Made by a program: the position numbers and the translations under genes
Assembly: GCA_026981975.1 (NCBI GenBank)
Contig: JALSHV010000012.1
Location: forward strand, 6,703-70,702
Reading direction: 5' to 3'
Source of the DNA: Aquificaceae bacterium
GTDB lineage: Bacteria; Aquificota; Aquificia; Aquificales; Aquificaceae
DNA: 64,000 bases
Shown: one piece after another, positions 63,219 to 64,000 of the stretch
How positions within the stretch are numbered: the stretch's first letter is position 1
How the letters are laid out: the number at the start of each line of letters is the position of its first letter
Notes under the pieces: generated by a model
Told to the model about the DNA's origin: nothing
The model's input: only the letters and a program-made list of their open reading frames with translations
Databases searched by the model: none

Positions 63219-63622
63219 CTTAACACAGGGAAAACGGGATCTCCCGCTTTATTTCTAAGTTCATAGTAAATACCGCAGTTTCCTTTAATTCTGCCTGCTC
63301 TGCCGATTATCTGTCTTTTCTTTACTTTTTCACCGCGTCTGACCCACTTTTCTTTCAGTTTGCCGTAAACTGAAAAGTATCCATCTCTTTGCTTAACGAT
63401 AACAACCCATTTGTAGTTCTCCACATCTTTACCTGCGTAAATTACTTCTCCCGCTTCTACCGCTCTTATGTATTCAGCACACCTTGTTCTGAGAATGTAA
63501 CCTCTGGCTTCTTTAAATACCTTCCCTTTGGCGGGTAGCATATAAACGGGTTTTATTAAATCAACCTTCTTAGGGGCGCAGGATAAAACTGTAAGAGAAA
63601 TAAAAAGTGCAAACTTTTTCAC
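63215..63622 (-). CDS. lipoprotein with degenerate LytM (M23-like) domain
   Basis: 135 aa. The lipobox is LTVLSC. The M23 scaffold is AGEVIYAG...[17 protein letters not shown]...[14 protein letters not shown]...GIYYELR. All Zn ligands (HxxxD, HxH) are replaced. Confidence 0.6.
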   Translation of the reverse strand: MKKFALFISLTVLSCAPKKVDLIKPVYMLPAKGKVFKEARGYILRTRCAEYIRAVEAGEVIYAGKDVENYKWVVIVKQRDGYFSVYGKLKEKWVRRGEKVKKRQIIGRAGRIKGNCGIYYELRNKAGDPVFPVLR

Positions 63623-64000
63623 AGATCAGTGTCCTGCTCTATACGGGAAGGTGTAGCTCCTCTTTGACCTCTGTATTTACCGCGATATACTTTTTCCGGC
63701 ACTTTATCCAATTGTGCAAAAACAAGTTGGCAAATTCTCATGCCTGTATAAAGCCTTATAGGAACTCTGTTAGCGTTGTAGAGTTCAAGGGTTATCTGAC
63801 CTTCAAAACCCGCGTCTACCCAACCTGCGTTTTCTATGAAAAGACCTAACCTTCCCAAGGAAGATCTCCCTTCCACAAAGGCGGTTATATGAGAAGGCAG
63901 TTTTACGTATTCCACCGTAGTAGCTAAGATGAATTCACCCGGTTTTATGTCTATAAAATCTTTTACTTTTTCACGGATAACTTCCCCCGCACCTTTTTTG
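63619..64000 (-). CDS. dcd: dCTP deaminase, N-terminus beyond window edge
   Basis: [22 protein letters not shown] and [10 protein letters not shown] are present. The frame stays open upstream of the track's Met (63915) through ...[17 protein letters not shown] to position 64000. Confidence 0.9.
   Translation of the reverse strand, partial: KKGAGEVIREKVKDFIDIKPGEFILATTVEYVKLPSHITAFVEGRSSLGRLGLFIENAGWVDAGFEGQITLELYNANRVPIRLYTGMRICQLVFAQLDKVPEKVYRGKYRGQRGATPSRIEQDTDL

Noticed and set aside
1-64000. Scan for CRISPR arrays, tandem repeats, IS elements, prophage or defence-island signatures
   Set aside because: I saw no regularly spaced direct repeats, no transposase, integrase or recombinase ORFs, and no restriction-modification, toxin-antitoxin or other recognisable defence genes. 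Intergenic space is too small to hide an array. This was a by-eye scan, so short dispersed repeats could have been missed.

Overview
Densely coded chromosomal segment with about 65 protein genes, one tRNA and only two intergenic gaps over 100 nt. I found no rRNA, CRISPR array, transposase, integrase or other mobile-element signature. All identifications come from motifs I recognise by eye in the supplied translations; no database search was run. GC content is roughly 40% by eye. An LpxC resembles the Aquifex aeolicus enzyme but is not identical to it. A branched-polyamine synthase and a reductive-TCA carboxylation cluster are also present. Together these suggest a thermophilic autotroph of the Aquificota, probably Aquificaceae-like (inference). 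Most of the window is housekeeping: murC/D/E, a class A PBP, lpxC, lspA, lysS, trmFO, mnmG, queA, tsaE, selU, tlyA, purL, carA, hisG, ribH-nusB, hemD and dcd. The parts most worth a second look are listed here. (1) A translationally coupled trio: a TonB-receptor-like outer-membrane barrel, a YfiR/DUF4154-like periplasmic protein and a sensor GGDEF-EAL protein (24956-29236). It looks like a non-canonical YfiBNR-type c-di-GMP module spanning the envelope. (2) A cluster of a DUF3015 protein, a DUF4105 domain fused to a beta-barrel, and a lipoprotein alpha/beta-hydrolase, with no known function (13690-16679). (3) An rTCA carboxylation supercluster (37972-48633). It holds two paralogous carboxyltransferase-biotin-carrier genes, a single biotin carboxylase, an isocitrate dehydrogenase with NAD-type specificity residues, and korAB. 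An uncharacterised protein with UDG-superfamily motifs is embedded in it, and a 36-bp perfect inverted repeat sits in the two paralogs. (4) An orphan tetraheme cytochrome c with its own promoter. (5) An envelope-remodelling operon encoding a small secreted protein with a mirror-symmetric six-cysteine pattern. Start codons were adjusted where the ORF track begins at TTG/GTG or clearly overruns the upstream gene.
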